A stretch of DNA of 64,000 nucleotides from Planctomycetota bacterium (GCA_965223265.1 OZ244999.1:1376001-1440000), one strand, 5' to 3'; positions 38,548-48,789 are shown, counted from the first letter of the stretch. Notes: generated by a model not told the origin, from the letters alone. Made by a program: numbers and translations.

Positions 38548-39162
38548 ATGGACGATTCTCGAGACGCGACGGTGAGAGCGCAGAACGTCGACGACGACCG
38601 AGAGCTTCTTCGCGAGATCGCGAGCGGCGATCTTCGACGCTTCGATGTCTTCGTAGATCGCTACAAGCATCGGCTGATTCGTTTCCTGACCCTACGCACC
38701 GGTGACTTCCACCGCGCTGAGGATCTCTGCCAAGAGGTCTTTCTACGGGTTTTCTCGGCAGTAGGGCAGCGAGGCTACAACGGGCGTAGTGCCGTGAGCA
38801 CATGGCTGTTCACGATTGCTTCGAACTGTTCGACGGATGCACTGCGCGCCGCGCGGAGGCAACGTTTGAAGTTCGCGGTGGATTCTCTCACTTCCGGGTC
38901 AGCCGAACATGCAGCAACCCAACCGCTACCGATCGATCGATTGATTCACGAGGAGCGACGCCAAGAGATCGCGTCGATCTTCGAGAGGCTTGACGACGAA
39001 CTCCGTGCCGCGGCAGCACTGCGGCTGTACGGTGAGTTGACCTACGCGGAAATCAGCTCTGTCCTCAACTGTCCGATTTCGACTGCGAAAGACCGAGTGC
39101 GGAAGGCGCTCGAGATCATTCGACGACGTGTTGGTACTACAGGAGCTCTGAGAGATGACTGA
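38548..39162 (+). CDS. ECF sigma-70 factor
   Basis: Region 2 AEDLCQEVFLRV and STWLFTIASN; region 4 LTYAEISSVLNCPISTAKDRV. Confidence 0.93.
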   Translation: MDDSRDATVRAQNVDDDRELLREIASGDLRRFDVFVDRYKHRLIRFLTLRTGDFHRAEDLCQEVFLRVFSAVGQRGYNGRSAVSTWLFTIASNCSTDALRAARRQRLKFAVDSLTSGSAEHAATQPLPIDRLIHEERRQEIASIFERLDDELRAAAALRLYGELTYAEISSVLNCPISTAKDRVRKALEIIRRRVGTTGALRDD

Positions 39163-41812
39163 GACGAGGGCATTCGACAAGTCAGAACGAGACGCTCGCG
39201 AGCGTCTCGACAAAATTCTTCCCGACGTGGGAGAAGGCTTCAACGTACGTCTGAAAACTACACTTCTGGACACACGTGACATGGAGCTGACGCAGCGAAG
39301 TGATCCGGCGCCTCGCCCGAGACACGCATACTCGTTCGTGGGTGGAGCGGCCGCTGCGGCGTTCTTGATTGCATTGGCGTGGTTGATCGTTCCCGATTTC
39401 ACCTCACGTCCGACTGCGTGGGCGGAGGTCGTCACCGCCGTCACGAACTTGCGGCACTTTTCGGTGACTGTCTACGAGGAACGAAAGGCGGAGCTCCGCC
39501 GGACCGAGGGCTACTATCTTGCGCCCGATTCCTGGCGCGTCCATCACATGAGCGAGGCTTCGAACCAAGTGATCTTCGTCACCCGCGGCGGAAGTGGTCG
39601 ATTCGACGTCGACAAGAAAGTCTGGAGCCAGCGTAGCGCAGACATCGATTTCTCTCTGATGCCTGCGAACTTTTCGAAAATCATTGAGGCGGAAGGTTTG
39701 CTTGCAGCGGTGCTCAAAAGCTTCTTTCGCCAAAAGACTCCGCATCGCACTCCCGTTCGCAACACTGCGGAGTCGGAACGAGGTGAGCTTGAGGTTTTTG
39801 ACCTCGTCGATGATGCGTCGAGCAACTGGATGCGCGTCTGGGTGTTGCCCAGGTCCCGGCTTCCGATCCGCGCCAAGACGTTTGAGCCGAGTTTGAATCG
39901 TACCTCAACGCTTGAGTTCGACTACGCGGACCCACGATCGGGCGAGTTTTTCGATCTCAAAGCGTTTGGCGAGAAATCGCAAGAGGCAGGTCTTGAGCCG
40001 TATGAGACCTTTCGCATTGGCGAGAGGGTGGTCGCTGGGCGGTCACGGTCAACACGTGAGCTCCACCAAGTCGATGGGATCCGTGTCCCCAGAGTTCTTG
40101 ACGTGATCAGCAATCGTCCGGGGGACATCCTCATCAGAACCGACGATCCGAGAAATCGTTCGCCGAAGGGCTTCCGCCTCCGATCGCGTTTGTGGAAGGA
40201 GGCACACGACAGCGTTGGCAATCTGTATCTTCGGTTTAGCAGTGCCAGCGACAAGCAGGGGAACGTCTACAGTTACTATGTTCCTGTGGCACCGCGCAAA
40301 GAAGCGCCCAGCGAAACGTCGCTCAAGCTGCACCTTCGCTACGACGAGTGGTTTCAGTTTCTTGAACGGCCAGCATCAAGCGTCACGGAAGATCTAGCGG
40401 GAAACATTGACGTGGACGTCCCTGAGGCGAGCGTCGACTTCGTGCCTTCGGGATGGCCTGAGCTCGTTGATCCTCAAGGTGTACGGCGCCTGGCAGGATT
40501 CGGGCTCTATGACTCCATGCCGCCGATCGAAGAACTCGCTGTCGTGGACCGGTTGCTTGTCGACCAGCCGGAGGAGATGGAGTTTCTCTGGCGCAAGCTC
40601 AGAAGCCTCGACCGAATCGACGGCAAGGTCGCTGATGACTTTTTCGCTTCCAACCTACTCGACGTCGCGAGCGGCCATCCCATCGAGTACGCGCACATGG
40701 CTCGCTTTCTCTTGCGCCGGGCCGTCCAACTTGCGCGGCAAGAGCAGCTTGATGCCGTTGACGGACTCGCGCAGCAAACGAAGGTTGCATGGGAGACGGA
40801 ATTCGCTAAGCGTTCGCAAAAACCAGGCAACAGCGCTGACTATTGGCGCAAGAGCTTTCAGACCGATGACATCGGCAAGCTCGTCGCCTTTCCGAGCAAG
40901 GTGCGAAGCCTGATGAGCCTGCCGCCCGCGGAGCTCCCAAAGATTCTTGGTGCCACGAGTACGCGTGACGGATTCGCTCTGGTGACGATCGAAGAGCCGC
41001 GCAACGAGCCGGTCCGCTGGTACAGTATGAGCACTCCGGCAAACAGTCCGTGGAGCTACGTCACAGACTTTAACGAGCCTCGAGAGGTGTGGGAAGCCGC
41101 ACGCAAGGGGCGACGGCTTGTGGTCTGCCAAGGAGAGGGAGGCAAGCTCCAGCTGATCGCGACGGAGACGTCGACATTGGCTCCGTTGCTGCTTCCTGAG
41201 GTTTCGGTGCCGGCACCTTCGGTCGACACGCTGGACGGTTATCTCGAACGCCAACGAGGCTACCTCGTGCGGAGTGATACTTCGCAATTGCCAGCACACG
41301 ACCAGCTCTACCAACTTGGACTCTATTACGAGCGCATCCATAGCTTCGACTTGGCCGCTGAGGTCTACGAGAGGGCCTTGGGGTCTCTTTCCGAGTCTGG
41401 CGAAGATCTCGCAGCGCAGCAAACGAAGGCGAGCATCGCGTTGGTGCACATCCGAGCGCTGCGCCGCAGCGGCGAATTGAACGAGGCGCTCACGCGACTT
41501 GAGAACATCATGGCGCATCTTCCCGAGCAGGCCGCAGGGGCTTACACGAGCTACAACGACTTCTTCATGACATCGATCGAAGAGCGCATGGAGATTGCCG
41601 CTGCCTACTTGCGGCTGGGCGACCGCGAGCGCGCACGCGAGTTGGTCGAAGCATTCGCAACGACGCGGCCAGACTATCGAACGCTCTCGAACTCAAACGA
41701 CAAGTTCCCGAAAGGATTTGCTGGCAGGACGGAGTTGATGCGTCCTCGTGGGCGAGCTTTTTACCGTTATCTGCCTCTCGATCGGATGCTGCTGAAGTTG
41801 AAGTCGAAGTGA
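39155..41812 (+). CDS. Putative membrane-anchored anti-sigma factor with LolA-like periplasmic domain and TPR-like C-terminus
   Basis: Overlaps the sigma stop by 8 bp. Short N-terminus, single TM (AAAAAFLIALAWLIV), AWAEVV..V motif, W.LPRSRLP.R and C-terminal helical repeats. Confidence 0.7.
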   Translation: MTETRAFDKSERDARERLDKILPDVGEGFNVRLKTTLLDTRDMELTQRSDPAPRPRHAYSFVGGAAAAAFLIALAWLIVPDFTSRPTAWAEVVTAVTNLRHFSVTVYEERKAELRRTEGYYLAPDSWRVHHMSEASNQVIFVTRGGSGRFDVDKKVWSQRSADIDFSLMPANFSKIIEAEGLLAAVLKSFFRQKTPHRTPVRNTAESERGELEVFDLVDDASSNWMRVWVLPRSRLPIRAKTFEPSLNRTSTLEFDYADPRSGEFFDLKAFGEKSQEAGLEPYETFRIGERVVAGRSRSTRELHQVDGIRVPRVLDVISNRPGDILIRTDDPRNRSPKGFRLRSRLWKEAHDSVGNLYLRFSSASDKQGNVYSYYVPVAPRKEAPSETSLKLHLRYDEWFQFLERPASSVTEDLAGNIDVDVPEASVDFVPSGWPELVDPQGVRRLAGFGLYDSMPPIEELAVVDRLLVDQPEEMEFLWRKLRSLDRIDGKVADDFFASNLLDVASGHPIEYAHMARFLLRRAVQLARQEQLDAVDGLAQQTKVAWETEFAKRSQKPGNSADYWRKSFQTDDIGKLVAFPSKVRSLMSLPPAELPKILGATSTRDGFALVTIEEPRNEPVRWYSMSTPANSPWSYVTDFNEPREVWEAARKGRRLVVCQGEGGKLQLIATETSTLAPLLLPEVSVPAPSVDTLDGYLERQRGYLVRSDTSQLPAHDQLYQLGLYYERIHSFDLAAEVYERALGSLSESGEDLAAQQTKASIALVHIRALRRSGELNEALTRLENIMAHLPEQAAGAYTSYNDFFMTSIEERMEIAAAYLRLGDRERARELVEAFATTRPDYRTLSNSNDKFPKGFAGRTELMRPRGRAFYRYLPLDRMLLKLKSK

Positions 41813-41858
41813 GTTCTCGCGATCAAGATCACGTTCTGCATGGACGCCGTCGCTCCGA

Positions 41859-44195
41859 TCAGAACATTGCCTCCATGAGTCCGATGCGCTGTGCATGTGG
41901 TGGTGAGCCGTCCTCGGCGCCGTACCAGACGCGGACCTTGTTTCGATCGAGCAGCAGCTGTGACGGGTGCACTGAGTGGTTGCGACCCGGTCCTGCTGTG
42001 CCGAAGCTGCCAGCTGACGGTGGTGTGAGAAGGGGCTGACTGGAAACGGGGCGCCAGTGGATCCCATCACTGCTCGTGGCCGCGAACGTTGCCCAGGACC
42101 TGTCGAGCGATTTGTTGTAGAGCATGAAGTAGCGCCCCTTGTCGTGATAGACCGATGGGCCGAGCTGCTCCTTTCCCGCGAGGCCAACGATGGATCTGCC
42201 GCTGTTTCCCTTCGTCCAGTGGATTCCATCAGAGCTCGTGGCAAGTCCGAGCGAGTGTCGACCGTCGTACGCGCCGTACCACATGACAAACTGTGCACCG
42301 ATTCTCAGGACATGCATGCCGGTCGCCTGGATACTATCGATCGCTCCCGGTGCCCCAATGTCGAGAACGGGAGTGCCGTCGCCGTGACGCTTCCAGTGAA
42401 CCCCGTCTCGACTCGTCGCCAGGCAAATGCGTTCGACGCGCACGTGTGGGGGACTCAGTCCCAAGTCTTGCGCGTCCCCGCCGTCAATAGCGCCATACCA
42501 CATCATGAACTCCTCACCCACGCGCAAGACGTACGGATGCGCCAGGCCCTTTGAGTCGGCGCTACCCGGAGGGCCGAGGTCGAGCACGGGCTCGCCGTCG
42601 TTGGCGAGATTCCACACTAGCCCGTCGCCACTGACCGCGAGTCCGATGCGCTCGGTATATCCGTATGGCACCTCAGGATCGTCCGCCGGCTCGGCACCGA
42701 CGAACCACATTCGGTACAGCTCGCCGTCGAAGTCCACCGTCGGCCCCCAGACGTACGACCGATGCCAGCTCGCGGGTGGACCGACTCCGAGCGCTGCGCC
42801 CTGGTCGGCGGTGCCGGGAACGCGCTTGAAGTTTGCATTCGCGAGTGCGTCGATGCTCGCGTTCGGCGGAGCATCGACGAAACGGAGCAAGGTTGCGCCC
42901 TCAGCAGGCATCTTGGCGAGCGCCTCTTCGAGTTTGTGCCGCGCCGCTGCTGCCTCTGTCGATACGTCCTTCACGGGTCGTTTTTCGAGGACATCACTCT
43001 CAACGTCGTAAAGGCGTCCATCGCCATACAGCTTCCAGCGTTGATCACGAACGAAACGCACAGGCCGTGTACGCTCGGGGCGTGGACAGTAGTAGCAGTA
43101 CATCCATTCGCGCGGCGTTCCTTTCTCGCCCCGAAGCTGCGGCAAGAAGCTCCGACCGTCGAGTCCGGCGGGCACGCTCAGACCGGCCGCCTCCAGCGTC
43201 GTCGGCAGGAAGTCAGAGAAGTCGACCAGATCATTGCACACGCGTCCGGCAGGAACGACGCCCGGCCACAGTGCGAGCAGAGGGACCCGGGTGCCATCGT
43301 CTGTGGTTTGCCCTTTGCCGCCGGCGATGGTTCGTCCGTGGAGCGTCGACGACAGTCGCCGGTGCGTGCCGTTGTCGCTACAAAACAGAATCAACGTCTC
43401 CTCGGCAATCTTCAGCTCCTCGGTCGCCGCGACGATGCGGCCCACGAGTCGATCCATGTAGGTGACCATGGCTTCGAAGTTTCTCTGCTGCGCTTTCGCA
43501 GTTCTCTCTTTCGCCTGTGGCGGGCTGTCGGGAGTCGGCACAAAAGGGCTATGGACGAGGATCATCGGATAGTAGATGAAGAAACGTTCGCTTCGGTGCT
43601 CTCGCATGAAGTCGATGAGGTAATCCGTAGCGACCGCTGGCCCATACTCTCCCTTCGAGAACTGGTGATTCTCGCCGTCGACGTAGAGGAGGGGGGTGTC
43701 GTAGCGCTCGCCAAGACGGTCGACTTGCCAAAGGCAGATGCGCTCAAATCCCGCTTCCTCTGGCCACGACCCTCGCGCCCGAAAACTTTCCGCATAGTGT
43801 TCGGCACCGAGCAGCTGCCATTTGCCGGCGATCGCTGTTCGGTAGCCACCAGCGCGAAAGTACTGTCCGATAGTGCGCTGATCTCGATTGAGAACGGAAA
43901 ATGCAGAGTAGTTCCGCGCGTTCGACAGCCCCGTCATGAGTTTGATGCGACTGGGCGTGCAGAGCGGCTGCGAGTAGCAGTGGGTGAAGCGCATCCCACG
44001 GGACGCCAGGCGGTCGATGTTGGGAGTCCGGTATTGCTGGCTACCGTAGCAGCCGAAGCACTCAGAGCCGACGTCGTCCGCCATGATCAGTATGACGTTG
44101 GCAGGCGCGGGCTTGGTGGGTTCGTCGCCCGCATGCACGACGCTTGCGAACCCCATCAGGAGAGTTGCCAGGCAAGTGGAGCGGATTGAGTTCAA
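41859..44195 (-). CDS. Sulfatase fused to five-bladed beta-propeller glycoside hydrolase-like domain
   Basis: NVILIMADDVG, CTPSR, GKWQ, SDNG; then repeats IGLAVSGDGLVW, LATSRDGVHW, LATSSDGIHW and MWYGA. Confidence 0.88.
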   Translation of the reverse strand: MNSIRSTCLATLLMGFASVVHAGDEPTKPAPANVILIMADDVGSECFGCYGSQQYRTPNIDRLASRGMRFTHCYSQPLCTPSRIKLMTGLSNARNYSAFSVLNRDQRTIGQYFRAGGYRTAIAGKWQLLGAEHYAESFRARGSWPEEAGFERICLWQVDRLGERYDTPLLYVDGENHQFSKGEYGPAVATDYLIDFMREHRSERFFIYYPMILVHSPFVPTPDSPPQAKERTAKAQQRNFEAMVTYMDRLVGRIVAATEELKIAEETLILFCSDNGTHRRLSSTLHGRTIAGGKGQTTDDGTRVPLLALWPGVVPAGRVCNDLVDFSDFLPTTLEAAGLSVPAGLDGRSFLPQLRGEKGTPREWMYCYYCPRPERTRPVRFVRDQRWKLYGDGRLYDVESDVLEKRPVKDVSTEAAAARHKLEEALAKMPAEGATLLRFVDAPPNASIDALANANFKRVPGTADQGAALGVGPPASWHRSYVWGPTVDFDGELYRMWFVGAEPADDPEVPYGYTERIGLAVSGDGLVWNLANDGEPVLDLGPPGSADSKGLAHPYVLRVGEEFMMWYGAIDGGDAQDLGLSPPHVRVERICLATSRDGVHWKRHGDGTPVLDIGAPGAIDSIQATGMHVLRIGAQFVMWYGAYDGRHSLGLATSSDGIHWTKGNSGRSIVGLAGKEQLGPSVYHDKGRYFMLYNKSLDRSWATFAATSSDGIHWRPVSSQPLLTPPSAGSFGTAGPGRNHSVHPSQLLLDRNKVRVWYGAEDGSPPHAQRIGLMEAMF

Positions 44196-44246
44196 CGACC
44201 GTGTCTCCTTTTGTGTCTCCCGAGTTGGCGACGCGGGCGCGCTGCC

Positions 44247-44930
44247 TCAGTCGAGTGTCCCAACCTCTGTGACGATCCAATCACGAAGTTTCACGAAGTA
44301 GGAACGGCAGGCGGGCTCGCTATCGATTTTGTACCCGAGCGAGAGCGCAGACGCGTCGCTCTGGATGTCGATGCCGATTCTTTTGTTGAGACGTTTCTCG
44401 AGCTCTTGAGTAGTCTCGATCGATTCGTGACAGCGAACCAGCGCTGCAGCGATCTGTGGCCACAAAACCGAATGACGACGAACGAACTCGCGCAGCAGGG
44501 TCTTGTGCTGTTCGGAGGGGCCTGACTCGTTGGCAATCAGATGGATGTGAGCGCTCTCAAACGGGCGACAGTCGAAAGCGATGTCCGCGTCCCAGGCGTC
44601 GACGTGGTAGTCCATTCGCCCGAGTTCAGGATCGTCGACGGTCCGCTTCGGGCTCTGTGCCAAGTCTGAAGGATTGTCGAACTGACCCCCGGAAAAAATG
44701 CGAATCGTGATCTCGTCACCGACACCGACTTCCGGCATCTGCCAGCCGACGTGCTGTCGATGTTCGCGGGACTCTACGAAGTGTCCGAGTCCTCCTGTGC
44801 TGAGCGAAAAACGCGGTTTTTCCTTGGGACGTTTGACGTAACTTACGACTGCTGACAGTACGCCGTCGCCGTCAATGCCTGCAACGCAAGCCCGTTTCCC
44901 ATTGTGCAAAACCTCGAACCGAGTCTCCAT
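44247..44930 (-). CDS. Hypothetical protein
   Basis: 227-aa ORF filling the gap, with a globular composition and no recognised motif. Confidence 0.6.
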   Translation of the reverse strand: METRFEVLHNGKRACVAGIDGDGVLSAVVSYVKRPKEKPRFSLSTGGLGHFVESREHRQHVGWQMPEVGVGDEITIRIFSGGQFDNPSDLAQSPKRTVDDPELGRMDYHVDAWDADIAFDCRPFESAHIHLIANESGPSEQHKTLLREFVRRHSVLWPQIAAALVRCHESIETTQELEKRLNKRIGIDIQSDASALSLGYKIDSEPACRSYFVKLRDWIVTEVGTLD

Positions 44931-45169
44931 GAATTGATTCCTGCGCTGACGGGTTCTGTTCGTCGAACGGACACGCATGGATCTGTCGAGCGGGACGCCC
45001 TCGAGGCATGACTGCAGTGAAAACAGATGTGAGTAGAGTGAGCGTCGACACGGTGATCGTACCTGAGGGAGCGCGCGCGAAAAAGGCCAAGTGAACCCTA
45101 ACCGCCGTGGTCAAACCTCGTTCTAGTGGTGGAGGTGTTCATGACCCGTGCGGGTAGAGAGGCTCGAAA

Positions 45170-45805
45170 ATGGATCCTGCGATGAATTTGGACCGAACGG
45201 AACCTAAGCGACTTCGAGAAGCCTCGCGTGAGATGATCCAGCGAGCCCCAGCAGACCCGCAGGCGATGGGTGAGATCTATCTCATCTACTACGATCGCGT
45301 TTTTAACTATGCCATGCGCCGGCTGCTGAACGTCGCCGACGCGGAGGATGCAACGGCATCGACGTTCATGAAGGTCGTCGCGAACCTGCGTCAGTATCGA
45401 TGGACCGGACGACCGTTTTCCGCCTGGATCTTTCGAATTCTGACGCACCAAACGATCGATATTCTCCGTCGAAGATCGAAGCACCGCGTGGCCAGCATTC
45501 ACGGGCAAGAGGACGCCTCGTTCGAACTGCTCGCTCACATGGCTGACGACGGACTTTCGCAGTCTGAGCGACTCATTCGTCTGGAGCAATTCAATGCCCT
45601 ACATCAGGCCATTGCCCAGCTCCCTCCGAATTGTCAGGAGGTCGTTTGTCTCCTTTACTTCGCGGACTTGTCCGTCAAGGAAATCGCTTACAGCACGAAA
45701 TCCAATGTCGGGATCGTCAAGTGGCGGCTTCATCAGTCGCGAAGAAAGCTGGCTCAGTTGTTAGAGAAACAAAGCGCGCAGGGAGGACGTTGCCATGAGG
45801 AGTGA
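45170..45805 (+). CDS. ECF sigma-70 factor
   Basis: DAEDATASTF, PFSAWIFRI, LSVKEIA and VKWRLHQSRRKL. The start may be 45182. Confidence 0.92.
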   Translation: MDPAMNLDRTEPKRLREASREMIQRAPADPQAMGEIYLIYYDRVFNYAMRRLLNVADAEDATASTFMKVVANLRQYRWTGRPFSAWIFRILTHQTIDILRRRSKHRVASIHGQEDASFELLAHMADDGLSQSERLIRLEQFNALHQAIAQLPPNCQEVVCLLYFADLSVKEIAYSTKSNVGIVKWRLHQSRRKLAQLLEKQSAQGGRCHEE

Positions 45806-47108
45806 TCAAGTGGATGGTTATGTGCGAGATAGGATTCTTGTTCCACGTTTCGAGAATCCGGCGCATCGCGAATCTCTCTTGCCTGAGTTGATCGATGCTG
45901 CGACCAAAGGCGCGAGGATCACGGCGCGAAGTGCGAGCGGGACTCGCCTCAATGGTCCGTCTTCCGACCCGAGGAGGTGGCCGGGAAGGCGTCGCGCGCT
46001 TCTGGCAACCGTAGGATTGGTCGGAATCGCCGGCTTGGTCGTCTTTGCCGTGATCGCTCCCGGCGCTGCGCCGAGTGACGCGTTGGCTCAGAGCGTCGAC
46101 GCGATTCGGAACAGCAAATCGATGCGCTGCGAGATCTCTCGCAGCGGACTGCTGTCCCTGTGGGGCAAACAGCCGAAGATGACGCTTTCCTGGGTCGCGC
46201 CCGATCTCATTCGATTGGATCAAGAGGGGGAGACGACCTGGGTGCGTGGAAACCGCATCACGCGATGGAAACAGGGAGAGACGAAGCCAGAAATCGCGGT
46301 GGATGTTCCGCACTTGACGCGGGAGTTCCACGAGACGATCAAACTGCTCAGCACGCCGAATCGTTTGATTGAGGTGTACAGCGCCGCTAGCGAGGAGGGG
46401 ATAGAGGTCGTGCGCGGGTTTCGAGGCGGGCGTGTGTTGTTCCGCCTTCAGGTGAGAATCAGTGCGGACGACGAAAGTTCACAGACGATGTACATCGACC
46501 CTGAGACGCTCCTTCCAGTGGAGATCGAATACAACGGTTTTGTGAGCAAATTCACGTGGGGTCCTGCGATTGACCCGGGTTTTATGGTCGCGAAGTTGCC
46601 GGCAGGCGCCGAGCCACCTCAAGTGATCGACGGTTCAAAAAGAACTCCGGTGCACCTGGTCGAGGCAGGAAAGGGTGTGGGCCCGATTCGGTTCGGTATG
46701 ACCCTCGAGGAGGTTGAGTCTGCCTGGGGCAAGCCTGCTCGCGTCGTCCGTAGAAGCGTTGGCGGCGTCTCTGTGGACTATCCCGCTCACGGTGTTCGGC
46801 TCACAATCTCGCCGCAAACCGGCGTCGACGAGATCGCTGGCGTGCTGGGCGACAGGATGAAAAGGTTCTTCAAGACGTTTGCCGGCCTGACTCCTGAGCA
46901 CCTCGGTATTGGCTCCACGGAAGCCGACATCGTCGCTGCGCTCGGTGAACCTGACTCGAGGTCGTCGAGAGGCCGGCACGTCTCGGGGCAACCGCTCAAC
47001 GTAACGATCGCATACGACCACGGCATCTCATTTCAGCTTGCGCCTGGGTATTTCGAGGATTCGCCGGAGCTGCGCGTCGTCGGCATTCAGGTCGGTCGAA
47101 AGAGCTAG
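45795..47108 (+). CDS. Putative anti-sigma factor: TM plus LolA-like domain plus tandem BLIP/SmpA-like modules
   Basis: 11-bp overlap with the sigma gene; single TM; ALAQSVDAIR; YIDPETLLP; GMTLEEVESAWGKP and GSTEADIVAALGEP repeats. Confidence 0.7.
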   Translation: MRSDQVDGYVRDRILVPRFENPAHRESLLPELIDAATKGARITARSASGTRLNGPSSDPRRWPGRRRALLATVGLVGIAGLVVFAVIAPGAAPSDALAQSVDAIRNSKSMRCEISRSGLLSLWGKQPKMTLSWVAPDLIRLDQEGETTWVRGNRITRWKQGETKPEIAVDVPHLTREFHETIKLLSTPNRLIEVYSAASEEGIEVVRGFRGGRVLFRLQVRISADDESSQTMYIDPETLLPVEIEYNGFVSKFTWGPAIDPGFMVAKLPAGAEPPQVIDGSKRTPVHLVEAGKGVGPIRFGMTLEEVESAWGKPARVVRRSVGGVSVDYPAHGVRLTISPQTGVDEIAGVLGDRMKRFFKTFAGLTPEHLGIGSTEADIVAALGEPDSRSSRGRHVSGQPLNVTIAYDHGISFQLAPGYFEDSPELRVVGIQVGRKS

Positions 47109-47270
47109 CAGGCCGTTGAAAACCCGTCATCCGACTTGGGATGGGATTAGACGCAAAGAGCGCCGAGACACCCTCCTTCGTTGCCTTTGTTGCCTTGTGT
47201 TCAAGAACAAAAGAGTTTCCGAACAGGAGGCAACAGAGGCAACAAAGAACCCGCCCTGCGGCGTTTTCAA
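47109..47270. repeat. Degenerate palindromic REP/MITE-like element
   Basis: Begins CTAG|CAGGCCGTTGAAAAC and ends GTTTTCAA. It has an internal imperfect inverted repeat 47177-47202 / 47221-47249 built of GTTGCCT/AGGCAAC units. Confidence 0.55.
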
Positions 47271-47328
47271 ACCCCACGAAACAGTGAAACGCCTCGGGGA
47301 AGATGAGATTCGGAGAACTTGCGCGGAA

Positions 47329-48789
47329 CTATACCCGGCGCTTCAGAAGTTCCCCGACGACGCGTCCCGGTTGACCGTCGATCAGTGACTGCTCACGACC
47401 GTTTCTCTTATACACCAGCTGCTTCGGGTCGAGGCCGAAGAGATGCATGAGCGTGTAGTGGTAGTCGGTGTGCGTGACGACATCTTCTGTTGAATAGTGG
47501 CCGAACTCGTCGGTCGCGCCGTGAATGTAGCCGGCGCGGAATCCGCCGCCGGCCACCCACATGCTGAAACCGTAGGTGTTGTGGTCGCGTCCGAAGTTTT
47601 TCACTCCGGCGTCGTTTTGGATGACCGGTAGGCGCCCCATCTCGCCGCCCCAGTGAACAATCGTCGTCTCGAGGAGGCCGCGATTCTTGAGATCCTTCAC
47701 CAGTGCCGCCGCCGGCTTGTCGGTCTTGGCGCACGCCTGCGGCAGCCCCGTAGCGATGCGGCCGTGGTGATCCCACAGTTGATAGCGCGTGAAGATCTGG
47801 ATGAAGCGGACGCCGCGCTCGATCAGCCGCCTCGCGATCAGGCAGCGAGTGCCGTACTCCGCGGTCACTGGATCGTCGAGGCCGTAGAGCGCTTTTGTGG
47901 CTACGGTTTCGCCGCGCAGGTCGAGCGCCTCGGTGGCGGCAGTCTGCATGCGCGCCGCGAGTTCATAGCTTTGGACGCGTGCCTCCAGATCAAGCTCTCC
48001 TGGGCGCGCTGCAAGATGGCGCCGGTTCAGTCGCTCCAAGTAGCTGAGGTAGCGACGCTGCGCTGCGCCGCGGAGGTGCTGGGGCGTCTCGAGGTTCCAA
48101 ATGCGAGGTTCTGCCGAGCGCACCACCGTGCCCTGATAGAGGGAGGGCAGCCAACCGTTCGACCAGTTGTTGACGCCTTCGACGGGCAGACTGTGGGGGT
48201 CGGTGAGGGCGACGTATGCCGGAAGATCTTCCGACTCGGATCCTAGACCGTAAGTGAGCCAGCTCCCGAGCGCTGGACGGCCGCGCTGAATCTTTCCGGT
48301 GTTGAGCGCAATGATCGACTGGTTGTGATTATTCACCCCTGTGTGCATCGAGCGAATGAGCGTGATGTCATCCGCGATCTCGCCGGTGTGCGGCAGCAGC
48401 TCTGAGAGTTCCATGCCGCACTCACCGTGATGTGAGAATTTCCACGGGCTGCCGAGCACGCGAGAGCTCGCCTGCGCGGCGTTGTCGTACTTGATCTTTC
48501 CAGGAAAGGTCTTGAGGTGGTACCTGTTGAGCAAAGGCTTTGGATCCGTCAGATCCATGTGGCTGGGACCGCCTTGCATGAAGAGCGAGATCATCGCCTT
48601 CGCCTGCGGTTCCCGGTGCGGCGCCTTTGGCTTGAGGTCAAACGTCCGCTTTTGCAGATCGGGCTTGATCTCTTCCGCCACCAGCCCGTCGCGCTCCAGC
48701 AGCCACGCCAGCGCTACCGACCCGATGCCCAGTGCGCTGCTGGCGAGGAAGTGGCGGCGTCCGCCGAGTTGATCTGCGGCTAAAACCAT
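47329..48789 (-). CDS. DUF1501 family protein
   Basis: GRRHFL; MQGGPSHMDLTDPKP; CLIARRLIERGVRF; WDHH; GEMGRLP; GRDHN. Confidence 0.93.
   Translation of the reverse strand: MVLAADQLGGRRHFLASSALGIGSVALAWLLERDGLVAEEIKPDLQKRTFDLKPKAPHREPQAKAMISLFMQGGPSHMDLTDPKPLLNRYHLKTFPGKIKYDNAAQASSRVLGSPWKFSHHGECGMELSELLPHTGEIADDITLIRSMHTGVNNHNQSIIALNTGKIQRGRPALGSWLTYGLGSESEDLPAYVALTDPHSLPVEGVNNWSNGWLPSLYQGTVVRSAEPRIWNLETPQHLRGAAQRRYLSYLERLNRRHLAARPGELDLEARVQSYELAARMQTAATEALDLRGETVATKALYGLDDPVTAEYGTRCLIARRLIERGVRFIQIFTRYQLWDHHGRIATGLPQACAKTDKPAAALVKDLKNRGLLETTIVHWGGEMGRLPVIQNDAGVKNFGRDHNTYGFSMWVAGGGFRAGYIHGATDEFGHYSTEDVVTHTDYHYTLMHLFGLDPKQLVYKRNGREQSLIDGQPGRVVGELLKRRV

Noticed and set aside
42762-44189. 475-aa plus-strand ORF
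   Set aside because: It is an exact antisense shadow of the sulfatase domain and has no motifs of its own.
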